64,000 nucleotides of DNA from a virus. The notes beneath the pieces are model-generated. The model was not told the origin of the DNA. It made no database searches and was given only the letters and a program-made list of their open reading frames with translations. This document shows, piece after piece, positions 63,771 to 64,000 of the stretch (position 1 is the first letter of the stretch; each line of letters begins with the position of its first letter). The stretch is from positions 2,436 to 66,435 of the IMG/VR virus record IMGVR_UViG_3300046714_000065. One strand, written 5' to 3'. A program made the translations under genes and the position numbers.

Positions 63771-64000
63771 AGTTGGGTTAAAACAATGTTTCTATCATCA
63801 GACCTCTACATGTGATAAATTAACCCTGAATGATCATCTATTATATAACTAAACTTTAGTTGTTAACTAATAACTCTTAGCAACTTAACATCAGTTAAAT
63901 TATCTTTTATTATTATACTATTATCTTATTATTATATATTATGCTTTTGTAACTTTAGCTAATCATATATAATATTAATCTCATCAAGAACTGTTACATT

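Noticed and set aside
63780-64000. AT-rich tract as a replication origin
   Set aside because: It is truncated by the window edge and has no clear iterons, so it cannot be supported.
1-64000. Alternative genetic code or a DGR acting on the tail fibres
   Set aside because: Genes are full length in the standard code, and no reverse transcriptase or adenine-specific TR/VR pair was seen.

Overview
This is a 64-kb segment of a long-tailed (siphovirus-type) dsDNA bacteriophage genome, with essentially all real genes on the minus strand. Read in the direction of transcription (right to left), it has three parts. (1) A packaging/head/tail module at about 63.8-23.2 kb: TerL, portal, scaffold, capsid, tail genes, a 2796-aa tape measure protein and two collagen-repeat fibres. 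(2) An early/accessory region at about 23.0-10.2 kb. (3) A replication module at about 10.2-0 kb: T7-like RNA polymerase, SSB, NADAR, family A DNA polymerase and dCMP deaminase. The main findings are: (a) a 45-unit array with a strict 36-nt period, made of two alternating 9-nt repeats and 9-nt variable spacers (19627-21258), directly upstream of a nuclease-less Nop/IS110-like protein (18710-19579). This matches a TIGR-Tas (TasA-type) RNA-guided system, here flanked by a catalytically dead HNH gene, a multi-zinc-finger gene and a 2H phosphoesterase. (b) A second T7-like RNA polymerase fused to the MuF/SPP1-gp7 head morphogenesis domain and split over two ORFs between portal and scaffold, a candidate virion-packaged RNAP. 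(c) Three copies of a bipartite motif GCGCA-N7-CCATCTTATATGA upstream of early genes, a candidate phage promoter. (d) A modular hairpin-rich non-coding element at 12.56-12.83 kb. All family assignments come from motifs recognised by eye; no database searches were run.
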